From contig CAYPKM010000001.1 of NCBI GenBank assembly GCA_964411325.1, positions 1-55,282 on the forward strand: a stretch of DNA of 55,282 bases. Direction: 5' to 3'. This DNA comes from an uncultured Christensenella sp. GTDB taxonomy: Bacteria > Bacillota > Clostridia > Christensenellales > UBA1242. Of this stretch, positions 18,468-27,710 are shown one piece after another. The number at the start of each line of letters is the position of its first letter. Position 1 is the first letter of the stretch. A program made the translations under genes and the position numbers. Below the pieces are notes generated by a model. It saw only the letters and a list, made by a program, of their open reading frames with translations. It was not told the DNA's origin and did no database searches.

Positions 18468-20084
18468 ATGACTAGAACAAAAAACATTAAAAAAAACTTA
18501 ACATTTTATATTATTAGGTATGCTACAAACCTTGTTTTGCAGTTTGTTTTGCGTACAGTTCTCATTTATTATATGGGGGCTGAGTACTTAGGTCTTAATG
18601 GTTTATTTTCCAATATATTTAGTTTTCTTAATTTAGCAGAATTAGGAATTGGTAGTGCCATTGTCTTTAGTATGTACAAGCCTATTGCAGATAATGACAT
18701 AGAAAAAGTTAAATCCTTAGAGCATTTGTACAAGAAATTTTATTTAATAATATCTCTTGTAGTTGGTGTAGTAGGATTGGCGATTATTCCTGCTCTTCCA
18801 TATCTTATGAATGGTGGTGTAAGTGTAGATATTAATATTTACATATTATACATTATGTATTTGGTGTATACATTGGTTGGATATTTGTGTGCACACAAAA
18901 GGTCTTTGCTTTTTGCTTACCAAAGAAGTGATGTAGAGAACAAAATAAGGACTCTTTGCATTATTGGAATGACAATTATTCAAATAGTTGTTTTAATTGT
19001 TTTTAAAAATTATTATTTATATTTTTCAATTAGTATTTTGTTTACAATAATTGAATGTATTCTAATTCAAGTTTGTGCCAATAAGTTATTTCCAGAAATT
19101 AATGGGAAAGCAGAATCAATTGATGAGAAAACAAAGAAAGAAATTACAAAAAATGTTACTGCTCTTAGTATGCACAAAATTGGTGGTGCGATAGTATTTT
19201 CCACTGACAATATATTGATATCTGCTTTTTTGGGAGTTGTTGTTCTTGGTGCTTATTCAAACTATAGTATGATCACGGCATCAATAGTCTCCGTCTTTTC
19301 TTTGATCAATAATGCGATACAAGCGAGTGCTGGAAATTTGGTTGCTAGTGCAGATAAAGAGTATGTTTATTCCAAGTACAAAATGATTAATTTTATGTTC
19401 TCATTTTTAAGTGCTTTTTGCATAATTTGTTTGGTGACATTATTTCAACCTTTTATTGCTAAGTGGACGGGTGGTGGAGAATATATGCTTGAATTTTCCA
19501 CTGTACTTATTATTGTCTTGAGTTTTTACCTTACAAGAATGAGGACTGCCACTAATTTGTTCAAAGATGCTGCGGGGATTTATTGGCAAAACAAATGGCA
19601 ACCAATAGTTGAGTCTGTGGTTAATTTAGTTACTTCGATTGTTTTGGTAAAATTAATTGGAATCAATGGAATATTTATTGGAACTATAATTAGCACTCTT
19701 GTTGCGCCATTTTGGTGGGAACCATATGTTTTATACAAACATTACTTCAAACGAAGTGTAAAAGAGTATTTTGGTAGATATTTATTAGATTTCGTTATAA
19801 TGGTTGTATGTTGTGGAATTACTTATTTTGTTTGTTCCTTTATACCAGACGGAAGTTGGCTATTACTCATTGCCAAATTCGCCGTTTGTATTATATTAAG
19901 TTTGGCTTTGCTTGTAATTGCGTATTTGCCAAATAAAGAATTCAAAGAATTGTTTAATATGGGCAAAAATATGTTGAAAGGTATTTTCCATCGCAAAAAG
20001 GCTGTGGCTGTTGTTGAGTCGGGCGAGGCGAGTGAGCAAGTGGCAAAGGTTGATGAAAAGATAGAGGATTCAAACAAGGAATAG
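18468..20084 (+). CDS. wzx: Wzx-type polysaccharide flippase (MOP superfamily)
   Basis: 538 aa with about 12-14 TM segments. Position in the glycan locus. The N-terminus 'NLTFYIIRYATNLVLQFVLRTVLIYYMGAEYLGLNGLF' is typical. Confidence 0.75.
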   Translation: MTRTKNIKKNLTFYIIRYATNLVLQFVLRTVLIYYMGAEYLGLNGLFSNIFSFLNLAELGIGSAIVFSMYKPIADNDIEKVKSLEHLYKKFYLIISLVVGVVGLAIIPALPYLMNGGVSVDINIYILYIMYLVYTLVGYLCAHKRSLLFAYQRSDVENKIRTLCIIGMTIIQIVVLIVFKNYYLYFSISILFTIIECILIQVCANKLFPEINGKAESIDEKTKKEITKNVTALSMHKIGGAIVFSTDNILISAFLGVVVLGAYSNYSMITASIVSVFSLINNAIQASAGNLVASADKEYVYSKYKMINFMFSFLSAFCIICLVTLFQPFIAKWTGGGEYMLEFSTVLIIVLSFYLTRMRTATNLFKDAAGIYWQNKWQPIVESVVNLVTSIVLVKLIGINGIFIGTIISTLVAPFWWEPYVLYKHYFKRSVKEYFGRYLLDFVIMVVCCGITYFVCSFIPDGSWLLLIAKFAVCIILSLALLVIAYLPNKEFKELFNMGKNMLKGIFHRKKAVAVVESGEASEQVAKVDEKIEDSNKE

Positions 20085-20157
20085 TGGATGTTTTATATTG
20101 CTTAGCAATTGCATTTCAAGGAAAATAATGGTTGTTATTTAACATTCCACGATATCC

Positions 20158-20186
20158 TTGACATAAATTATATTAATTGTTAAAAT
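20158..20186 (+). promoter_or_regulatory. Sigma-A-type promoter upstream of uppS
   Basis: TTGACA (20158-20163), 17 nt ending TGt, TAAAAT (20181-20186). Confidence 0.6.
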
Positions 20187-20231
20187 GTTTTTGCTGGTAT
20201 GCAAAAATACAAAAGTTTAAGTGGGTTATTT

Positions 20232-20930
20232 ATGAAAGAAGATTTGAAAAAACTGCCGGGGCACTTGGCGATTATTATTGATGGCAATGGCAGATGGGCG
20301 AAACTAAGAGGGCTTACCCGTATGATGGGACACGATGCCGGGTTTAAAAATTTGAAGAAAATTACTCGTGAGTGTTTTTATGATTACGATATTCCTATTG
20401 TTAGTATCTACGCTTTTTCTACAGAAAACTGGAATAGACCAGAAAAAGAAGTCAATCACTTGATGAATATATTTAGAAAATATTTGGATGGAAGTTTTTT
20501 GAAAGACTATCCTGATGTTAGTTTTAATCTAATGGGGGATCCAAATGGTTTGCCAAAAGATATTGCAGACAAAGCACTTGACTTGATGGAGAAAACCAAG
20601 GGTAGGAAATATATTTTGAATATTGGCATTAATTACTCTGGACAAGACGAATTGGTGATAGCGGTCAACAAGATAATTTCTGAAGGGATAGCGAAAGTGG
20701 GCAGAGAGGAAATATCTAATCATCTATTCACTGCCGGTCAACCACCTGTTGATTTGATGATTAGGACTAGTGGCGAACTTAGACTTAGCAATTTTATGCT
20801 ATGGCAATTGGCTTATGCAGAGTTTTATTTTCCAAAGTGTCACTGGCCTGCTTTTGATAGCAATGAATTGTACAATGCGTTGTTTGAGTACCAAAGTCGA
20901 GATAGAAGGTTTGGGGCGATTAAAGAATAA
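20232..20930 (+). CDS. uppS: Undecaprenyl-diphosphate synthase (isoprenyl transferase)
   Basis: 'GHLAIIIDGNGRWA', 'FSTENWNRP', 'IRTSGELRLSNFMLWQLAYAEFYF'. The ATG at 20199 is only about 6-13 nt from the predicted transcription start, so 20232 is preferred. Confidence 0.85.
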   Translation: MKEDLKKLPGHLAIIIDGNGRWAKLRGLTRMMGHDAGFKNLKKITRECFYDYDIPIVSIYAFSTENWNRPEKEVNHLMNIFRKYLDGSFLKDYPDVSFNLMGDPNGLPKDIADKALDLMEKTKGRKYILNIGINYSGQDELVIAVNKIISEGIAKVGREEISNHLFTAGQPPVDLMIRTSGELRLSNFMLWQLAYAEFYFPKCHWPAFDSNELYNALFEYQSRDRRFGAIKE

Positions 20931-22186
20931 TGAATTTTGAAAAAATAAAAAAGTATTATTTGGAAAACAGACTGCTATGCGATTGTATAATGCTTGCAGT
21001 GTTGTTTTTAGTTAATTGCTTTGTTCAGTACTTTGGTTATGCTATTGCTGTAATTGTTGCAACACTTATGATTGTTGAAAACCGAAAAAACGGATTCTCT
21101 ATTCTTTTATTTTGTGTGCCATTTGTGGGCATTATGTATTATGAGGGATTTTATTGCTTGGCAGTATGCTTTGTTGTTTATTTAATTAAAAATTACATAG
21201 TGTTATTCGCCATTGAAAAAAACAAAATTAATTGGCCTGTTTTTATTGCCTTTATGGCTTATGTCGTTTATGCATTACTTCCAATAGGCGACTATAACGT
21301 ACAGTTCTTTATTAAATTTGCGTCAATTGTATTGCTTTTCTTGTTGTTAAATTTATTTGTGCGATATACTGATGTTTTAAATTTGAAATTTAATTTGAAT
21401 TTGCTCGCATTTGCTTTGATAACTTCTTGTTTTTTCTTTTTGACATATTTCATTTCTCCTTTCTTAAAGAACTATAGAATATGGGATTACGGCGACTTTA
21501 TTCGTTTCACTGCATTCTTTACTATGAATCCAAATGTGCTATCTATGACTTGTGAAATATGTTTGAGCTTGCTGACATTTTATATTCTTCAAGACAAAGT
21601 TGTGTGGACGGATATTCTTGCATATATAATTTTTGCAGTAATTGGGCTTACTACGCTTTCAAAAACATTTCTATTGCTATTTAGCATAATGTTTGTGATT
21701 TTGATAATTTATTTATTAAAGAAATTCAAGATGAAGGCGTGTTGGTGGCTTTTGGGTATATTTTCTGTAGTTGCAGCTGTGTTCTTTATTAACAAAGATT
21801 TCTTTATGACATATTTGGGAAGATTTGTTAGTGGCTGGAGTTCGGATATGGAGAGTTATGAGCAAGTAATAGATGTAGCGACTACTGGTAGATACAAATT
21901 GTGGACAACTGTACTAGATTATACATTTACCCATCCTGCGGTATTATTCTTTGGAAATGGATTGGGAGCACCGCTTGTTGCGTCTATGTCTGCACATAAT
22001 TTTTATATATCTATTTTGTATCAAATGGGAATTGTTGGCGGATTGCTATTTGTAGGTATGTTTGTAACTTTGATTATAGAATACTTTAAGAAAAATCCCC
22101 ATAAGGTTAGCAAAGCAATACTTGTGCCAATTACCATTATGGGACTTCTTCTTTGTGCTGAAGATTTATTCTTGTATATTTACTAA
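20930..22186 (+). CDS. O-antigen ligase / Wzy_C-family polytopic membrane protein
   Basis: Multi-TM with the loop 'TGRYKLWTTVLDYTFTHPAVLFFGNGLGA', which is typical of the family. The ATG overlaps the uppS TAA by 1 nt. Confidence 0.65.
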   Translation: MNFEKIKKYYLENRLLCDCIMLAVLFLVNCFVQYFGYAIAVIVATLMIVENRKNGFSILLFCVPFVGIMYYEGFYCLAVCFVVYLIKNYIVLFAIEKNKINWPVFIAFMAYVVYALLPIGDYNVQFFIKFASIVLLFLLLNLFVRYTDVLNLKFNLNLLAFALITSCFFFLTYFISPFLKNYRIWDYGDFIRFTAFFTMNPNVLSMTCEICLSLLTFYILQDKVVWTDILAYIIFAVIGLTTLSKTFLLLFSIMFVILIIYLLKKFKMKACWWLLGIFSVVAAVFFINKDFFMTYLGRFVSGWSSDMESYEQVIDVATTGRYKLWTTVLDYTFTHPAVLFFGNGLGAPLVASMSAHNFYISILYQMGIVGGLLFVGMFVTLIIEYFKKNPHKVSKAILVPITIMGLLLCAEDLFLYIY

Positions 22187-22191
22187 AAGTG

Positions 22192-22223
22192 AAAGATTGT
22201 GGCGATTTCCACAATCTTTTTTG
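22192..22223 (+). terminator. Rho-independent terminator
   Basis: aaagattgtgg (22192-22202) / ccacaatcttt (22209-22219) plus a T-run. Confidence 0.85.
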
Positions 22224-22231
22224 CATATAAT

Positions 22232-22260
22232 TTGACTATTATGCTTGAATAATATATACT
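22232..22260 (+). promoter_or_regulatory. Sigma-A-type promoter of the GT4/heptose operon
   Basis: TTGACT (22232-22237), 17 nt, TATACT (22255-22260). Confidence 0.55.
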
Positions 22261-22320
22261 ACCCAAAAGGATATCTTGACTTTTAAATAATATCCGTCGG
22301 TGTGTTTGATGTAAGGAGAA

Positions 22321-23493
22321 ATGATGGAAAAATTAAAAATTTTGGAAACAATGGATGTGTATTTGCCAGACGTGGATGGAGTCATTAATTGTATGCATAA
22401 TTATTGTTTAAATTTAAATGATATTTCAGATGTAACAGCGATGGTGCCCAAGAATAAAAAAGGCTATGTGGATAATTTCCCTTACAAAATTAAAAGATGT
22501 AAGTCTATACATATTCCAATACTAAACCAGTATTATGGATTGCCTAAGTTTGATAGAAAATTGAAGAAGTTTATTAAAGAAAGTGATTTTGATATTATTC
22601 ACGTTCACTCGCCATTTGGTATGAGCAAATTTGCATTGAAGATAGCCAAAAAAAAGAAGATTCCTATTGTTGCAACATTCCATTCAAATATGCGACCAAT
22701 ATTTAGAGACGTGGTAAAGTCCAAATTTATTGCCGAAAGGATGGTTCGAAGTTTAGGGAGAAGATATAATAAATTTGATGAGGTCTTTGTATGTTCTCCG
22801 CTCGTTGCAGAGCAAGCTCGCTCTTTTGGATACAAAGGAAAGATAACATATCTCCCATTTGGTACAGATTTTGAGAGATGTACTGATATTGAAAGCTTGT
22901 CTAAGCAGGCAGAAGATAATTTTCAATTAAAGAAAGATGACCTTGTCTTTGTGTATGTCGGAAGGGTGACCAAATTAAAAAGAATAGACTTTATCCTTAG
23001 AAGTCTAAAAATTGTTAAAGATAGAGGAATTAATTTCAAGTTCTACATTATTGGCAAAGGTTTTGAGATGGACGCTCTGAAAAAACTTACACAAAATTTG
23101 GGTCTTGAAAATGAAGTTGTTTTTACAGGTTTTTTAAAAAGAGAATTGTTCCCACAAATTCTTTCAAGGGCGGATTTGTTATTATTCCCATCTACTTATG
23201 ATAATTTTGGTTTGGTAAAAGTCGAAAGTGCAGCATATGAGATACCGGGAATATTTATAGAGAATTCGTGTGCGGGATTTGATGTAAAAGATGGCGTTAA
23301 TGGATTCTTGAGCAAAGATAGTGAAGAAGATTTTGCAAATAAAATTTGTGAAGCGGTAAAAGATTACAAAAAGTTAAAGGAAATTGGAAAAAACGCTAGT
23401 AGAGATTTGTATATTTCTTGGAAAGAATGCACGGAAATCTTGCACAAAAGACTAGCAGAAATTGTGGAGGAAAAGCATGGAGATAAGAAGTAG
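22321..23493 (+). CDS. GT4 glycosyltransferase
   Basis: 'DVYLPDVDGV' N-terminus, 'STYDNFGLVKVESAAYEIPGI' E-x7-E region. AAGGAGA RBS. Confidence 0.75.
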   Translation: MMEKLKILETMDVYLPDVDGVINCMHNYCLNLNDISDVTAMVPKNKKGYVDNFPYKIKRCKSIHIPILNQYYGLPKFDRKLKKFIKESDFDIIHVHSPFGMSKFALKIAKKKKIPIVATFHSNMRPIFRDVVKSKFIAERMVRSLGRRYNKFDEVFVCSPLVAEQARSFGYKGKITYLPFGTDFERCTDIESLSKQAEDNFQLKKDDLVFVYVGRVTKLKRIDFILRSLKIVKDRGINFKFYIIGKGFEMDALKKLTQNLGLENEVVFTGFLKRELFPQILSRADLLLFPSTYDNFGLVKVESAAYEIPGIFIENSCAGFDVKDGVNGFLSKDSEEDFANKICEAVKDYKKLKEIGKNASRDLYISWKECTEILHKRLAEIVEEKHGDKK

Positions 23494-24535
23494 AGCACCA
23501 CTTAGAATAGGACTTGCAGGTGGTGGCACTGATTTGCCGTCTTATAGTAATCAATTTGGTGGAGTTGTTTTTAATGCAACAATTGGAATGTATGCATATT
23601 GTACAATTATCCCAACTAACGACAATAGAATTAAGATTATTTCTTATGATAATAAAAATAATTTGGATACGGAAAGTGTTTCGCATTTGGATATAACTGA
23701 TGACAATACTCTAATACTACACAAAGGGGTGTATAATAGGATTGTTAAAGACTACAATAATGGAGAGCCTTTGAGTTTTATTATGAGTACAAGCAATGAT
23801 GCTCCAATCGGTTCGGGGTTGGGCACGTCATCGACTATGGTTGTAGCAATATTGGAAGCATATAATAGATGGCTAGCTTTGGGATTAAATGATTACCAAA
23901 AGGCTGAACTTGCATATAAAATAGAGAGAGAAGATTTGCAACTTGCGGGTGGAAAACAAGACCAATATGCCGCAATCTTTGGTGGATTTAATTTAATGGA
24001 ATTCAAAATGGATGGGGCAACTGTCGTAAATAGCTTGCGTTTGGACAAATCTAGAATAAATGAACTTGAATGTTCTATTCTTCTTTATTATAATGGCACG
24101 AGTAGAAAATCTGCCGAAGTTCAGAAAGAGCTTTCCAAAAACATTATTAATGACCAGTCTAATAACGTTACAGAGAAAAAGACAACAACTATTGATGCTA
24201 TGAAAGCATTGAAAGAATCTGCTTATCAAATGAAAGATTATGTATTGCTTGGAAATTTTGATGGCTTTGCAGATTGCTTAAGAAAGGCTTGGGAGAATAA
24301 AAAGAAAACTTCAAGCATTGTTTCAAATAAAAAATTGGAAGAAGACATTAATTATGCTATGGCAAATGGTGCTGAGGCGGTCAAGGTTTCAGGGGCTGGT
24401 GGTGGTGGATTCCTTATGATCTACTGCAAGCCTATAAATAGACAAAGATTAATTTATGCAATGGAGCAATTGCCGGGCAAAATATATACTGCCAAATTTT
24501 CTGAAAATGGTGCTGAGAGTTGGGTGGTTGAATAA
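23477..24535 (+). CDS. hddA: GHMP kinase, D-glycero-alpha-D-manno-heptose 7-phosphate kinase type
   Basis: 'SRAPLRIGLAGGGTDLPSY', 'PIGSGLGTSSTMVVA' (GHMP motif II), 'KVSGAGGGGFL'. The ATG at 23477 has a GGAGGA RBS. Confidence 0.75.
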   Translation: MEIRSRAPLRIGLAGGGTDLPSYSNQFGGVVFNATIGMYAYCTIIPTNDNRIKIISYDNKNNLDTESVSHLDITDDNTLILHKGVYNRIVKDYNNGEPLSFIMSTSNDAPIGSGLGTSSTMVVAILEAYNRWLALGLNDYQKAELAYKIEREDLQLAGGKQDQYAAIFGGFNLMEFKMDGATVVNSLRLDKSRINELECSILLYYNGTSRKSAEVQKELSKNIINDQSNNVTEKKTTTIDAMKALKESAYQMKDYVLLGNFDGFADCLRKAWENKKKTSSIVSNKKLEEDINYAMANGAEAVKVSGAGGGGFLMIYCKPINRQRLIYAMEQLPGKIYTAKFSENGAESWVVE

Positions 24536-25839
24536 TGGGATTAAAAGCGTTTATAATGGCTGGCGGAAAAGGAACAAGACTTAGAGAAATAACTCACGAT
24601 GATTTACCAAAGCCGATGGTGAGAATTTTGGATAAGCCTTTGCTGGAATATGCTATAGAAAGCCTGAAAAAATATGGCGTGGACGAAGTGTATATTTCTG
24701 TTAGTTACTTGTACGAGAAAATTATTGAATATTTTGGCAATGGCGAGAAATGGGGAATAAAAATACATTATTTGATTGAGGATGAGCCGTTGGGCTCTGG
24801 TGGAGCATTGTATTATATCAAAGACAAAGTTGACGACGACTTTATCGTTTGTACGGGAGACGCACTTTTCGAAATTGATATAGAAAAAATGCTTAAGTTT
24901 CATAAAGATAATAATGCTATGGCTACTTTGCTCACTCACCCCAATTGCCATCCATATGATAGCGATTTAATAATTACAGACGATAATAATATTGTAAAAG
25001 AGATTAATAAAAAAAGCGTAGAAAGAAAGTTTTATTACAAAAATAATGTGAATGCTGGTTTTTTTATTCTTAATCCATCTAGTCTTTATTATTTTCAAAG
25101 ACCAGGAAAAGCTTCTATGGAGAGTGATTTTTTAAATACGCTTATTTTGGATGGAAAGAAAGTTCTTGCTTACAAAACTTCTGAGTATATAAAAGATGTG
25201 GGGACTCCAGATAGATATTATGGTGCTTTGAAAGATTTGGAAAGTAATCTAATAGAAATAAAATGTAGAAGAAACAAGCAAAAAGCAATCTTTTTGGATA
25301 GAGATGGTACAATTAATAAATATGTGGGATTTCTAAAATCTGCCGATCAGTTTAATTTGATTGATGGCGTGGAGTCTGCTATTTTGAAGATAAACAAGAG
25401 CGAATATTTGGCTATTGTGATATCCAATCAGCCGGTAATTTCTAGGGGAGAATGTACATTTGAAGAGCAAAATAATATTATGAACAAAATGGAAACGTTA
25501 CTAGGAGAAAGCGGTGCATATCTAGACGGAATTTATTATTGCCCACACCATCCTCATAGCGGATTTGATGGCGAAGTTAAGGAATTAAAAATTAAGTGTA
25601 ATTGTAGGAAACCAAATATTGGACTTATCGAAAAAGCTGTTGAAGATTTTAATTTGGACTTGAGCAAATGTTATATTGTGGGAGATTCAAATGTTGATAT
25701 TCAGACAGGCAAAAATGCAGGGATTCGTACAGTGCGTGTAATGTCTGACTTGGTTGAAAGCAAGCATGAAGAATGTGATTTCGAAGCAGATGATTTGAAC
25801 GAAGCTATTGATTATATTTTAAAAGGGAGAGAACTATGA
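24535..25839 (+). CDS. Fusion of heptose-1-phosphate nucleotidyltransferase (HddC-like) and D,D-heptose 1,7-bisphosphate phosphatase (GmhB-like)
   Basis: N-terminal: 'AFIMAGGKGTRLREIT...PKPMV'. C-terminal: 'AIFLDRDGTINK', 'CPHHP...CNCRKPNIG', 'VGDSNVDIQTGKNAG'. Confidence 0.8.
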   Translation: MGLKAFIMAGGKGTRLREITHDDLPKPMVRILDKPLLEYAIESLKKYGVDEVYISVSYLYEKIIEYFGNGEKWGIKIHYLIEDEPLGSGGALYYIKDKVDDDFIVCTGDALFEIDIEKMLKFHKDNNAMATLLTHPNCHPYDSDLIITDDNNIVKEINKKSVERKFYYKNNVNAGFFILNPSSLYYFQRPGKASMESDFLNTLILDGKKVLAYKTSEYIKDVGTPDRYYGALKDLESNLIEIKCRRNKQKAIFLDRDGTINKYVGFLKSADQFNLIDGVESAILKINKSEYLAIVISNQPVISRGECTFEEQNNIMNKMETLLGESGAYLDGIYYCPHHPHSGFDGEVKELKIKCNCRKPNIGLIEKAVEDFNLDLSKCYIVGDSNVDIQTGKNAGIRTVRVMSDLVESKHEECDFEADDLNEAIDYILKGREL

Positions 25840-26480
25840 AAAAAATTACTGAGGAGTATATTGAGAATTTTTTTGAAGAAAAGAAAGATTTGGCGTTTTT
25901 GAAGGACAATGTAACAAAGGCGATTGAAATCCTTGTGGAGAGTGCCAAAAATGGGAAAATCCTAGCTTGTGGAAATGGCGGGAGTGCTTCCGATAGTGAA
26001 CATATTGCTGGGGAATTGCTAAAGTCGTTTATATTAAAGAGAAAAGTTGACAAGGATTTGAAAGATAGTTTGATAGATGCTTATGGCGAAGATGGTGCGT
26101 TTATAGCAGATAATATTCAAGGAGGAATTAAATGCATTCCGTTAACTTCCTTTTGTGCATTCAATACTGCTTTTTTAAATGATTGTAATGAAAAACTGCT
26201 TTTTGCCCAACAAGTAAATGCTTTGGGTGATGCGGGGGATACATTAATAGCAATATCTACTAGTGGAAATTCCAAGAATGTTTGCTATGCTGTCAAGCTT
26301 GCCAAAGTCAAAGGATTAAAGGTTGTATCCCTTACTGGAGACAGTGGCGGAATGTTAAAAGAATTGTCTGATGTGTGTATATGTGCACCTAGCAATATTG
26401 TATACAAAGTGCAAGAATATCATATCCAAATATATCATTTGATTTGTATGGCAATTGAAAGTGAATTTTTTGATATTTAG
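25836..26480 (+). CDS. gmhA: Sedoheptulose-7-phosphate isomerase (SIS domain)
   Basis: 'ILACGNGGSASDSEHIAGEL', 'AISTSGNSKN'. ATGA overlap with the upstream gene. Confidence 0.8.
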   Translation: MKKITEEYIENFFEEKKDLAFLKDNVTKAIEILVESAKNGKILACGNGGSASDSEHIAGELLKSFILKRKVDKDLKDSLIDAYGEDGAFIADNIQGGIKCIPLTSFCAFNTAFLNDCNEKLLFAQQVNALGDAGDTLIAISTSGNSKNVCYAVKLAKVKGLKVVSLTGDSGGMLKELSDVCICAPSNIVYKVQEYHIQIYHLICMAIESEFFDI

Positions 26481-26490
26481 AAATTAAATA

Positions 26491-26531
26491 AAAAAACTCG
26501 AAGAAATATATTAATTCTTCGAGTTTTTTTT
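26491..26531. terminator. Bidirectional rho-independent terminator
   Basis: actcgaagaa (26496-26505) / ttcttcgagt (26515-26524), flanked by an A6 run and a T8 run. Confidence 0.85.
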
Positions 26532-26534
26532 GAA

Positions 26535-26747
26535 TTATGCCAAAATTGTAATATCTCTAGCAATAATCATTGTGATTAAATCCAAGATGTAGAATAGTGG
26601 GCAAAGGATGATATTTAGGATAACTCCCAAAATATTGCCTCTTTGTGCTCTTGTGATAATACCACAGATGATATTTGTTGGAGTGATGATTGCCAAAATT
26701 AAGCAAACAATCCAACTAAGACCAAAATATCTTTTTGTACTTGCCAT
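26535..26747 (-). CDS. Small hydrophobic membrane protein (70 aa, 2-3 TM)
   Basis: AAGGAGA RBS 8 nt before ATG 26747. Almost entirely hydrophobic. Family not recognised. Confidence 0.55.
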   Translation of the reverse strand: MASTKRYFGLSWIVCLILAIITPTNIICGIITRAQRGNILGVILNIILCPLFYILDLITMIIARDITILA

Positions 26748-26906
26748 AAATTCATTCTCCTTTTTTTATATTCAAATTTCTATTTATGCAAATTTATTAT
26801 ATAAAACTTGTCGAAATTTGTCAACATTATTATTTATACTTTATAAATTTGTGGTGTATAAAAGTATATATGATAAATATTGGTGTTTTATTACACATAC
26901 TCAAAA

Positions 26907-27506
26907 TTATTCTTGTTTTTCATTCTTTTTGATGTTTTTGATAAAGCTATTCAAAACTACAACTGCTTGCACAGGCGCTCCTACAAAGAATATTAGCCAT
27001 AGATTGTATCTGACAAATTGACAATATATTCCTGCGATAAACGACCATATGAATATTGAAGATATGTATATGGAATACTTTTTGCTCCCCCAAATTCTAT
27101 TGAAGTAAGTGAGTACCAATGCGCTCGATGGTATTGCCCAAATAAATATTTGCCAACAAACGATATCGTTGTATATATTCAAATACAAAAATATAAGCAG
27201 TGCGGTTAGCCATACAATTAGCACAGATAGTGCAACGCACACAATCTTGTTGATAGACTGCTGTTTGCTAGACGATGGGATGATTGGTGTGGAAGAATGT
27301 TCTTTGAAAAGATAACCTGTTTCCACCTCAAATAATTCAGCCAATTTCTGCAGAGTCTCTATGTCTGGCAGAGATTCGCCTTTTTCCCACCTAGAGACTG
27401 CTTTGTCTGAATAATGAACTGCCTCTCCCACTTCTGATTGGGTGAGCTTTCTATTTTTCCTTAATGTTTGCAAATTGTTTGCAATTATTTCTTTTATGTT
27501 TTCCAT
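26907..27506 (-). CDS. XRE-family HTH regulator fused to a 4-TM membrane domain
   Basis: 'LRKNRKLTQSEVGEAVHYSDKAVSRWEKGESLPDIETLQKLAELF', then four hydrophobic helices. Confidence 0.8.
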   Translation of the reverse strand: MENIKEIIANNLQTLRKNRKLTQSEVGEAVHYSDKAVSRWEKGESLPDIETLQKLAELFEVETGYLFKEHSSTPIIPSSSKQQSINKIVCVALSVLIVWLTALLIFLYLNIYNDIVCWQIFIWAIPSSALVLTYFNRIWGSKKYSIYISSIFIWSFIAGIYCQFVRYNLWLIFFVGAPVQAVVVLNSFIKNIKKNEKQE

Positions 27507-27710
27507 ACTTGGATTTTAGCACAAAAAAATTAAGGCTACAATCAAAATAAGTCATTTTTGTGCAAAAAAATACAAAATTCTCGCTGGGAGAGAGTGCTTG
27601 CGAGAAATTCTCTTTTGATGATTTCAAGATTAGAGAAGAGCATACATTCTTTAGTTTGTAAGAGATTGATGGGCTGTAATATAATTAAAATATCCAAGGA
27701 GGAAATTGTA

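Noticed and set aside
26608-27021. 137-aa + strand ORF
   Set aside because: It overlaps two well-supported minus-strand genes (the small membrane protein and the XRE regulator) and their intergenic promoter region. It has no RBS and its composition is antisense-like.
27558-27710. N-terminal extensions proposed by the track. This one covers the C-domain gene. Similar cases are 1457 (TTG), 32256 (pheS), 39220 (nrdD), 46360 (tmk), 47074 (thyX), 51068 (pilin-like 2), 30793 (carrier protein) and 50470 (coupling protein).
   Set aside because: In each case an internal ATG with a canonical GGAGG-type RBS gives an N-terminus that matches the family. The extension covers promoter, terminator or T-box sequence.
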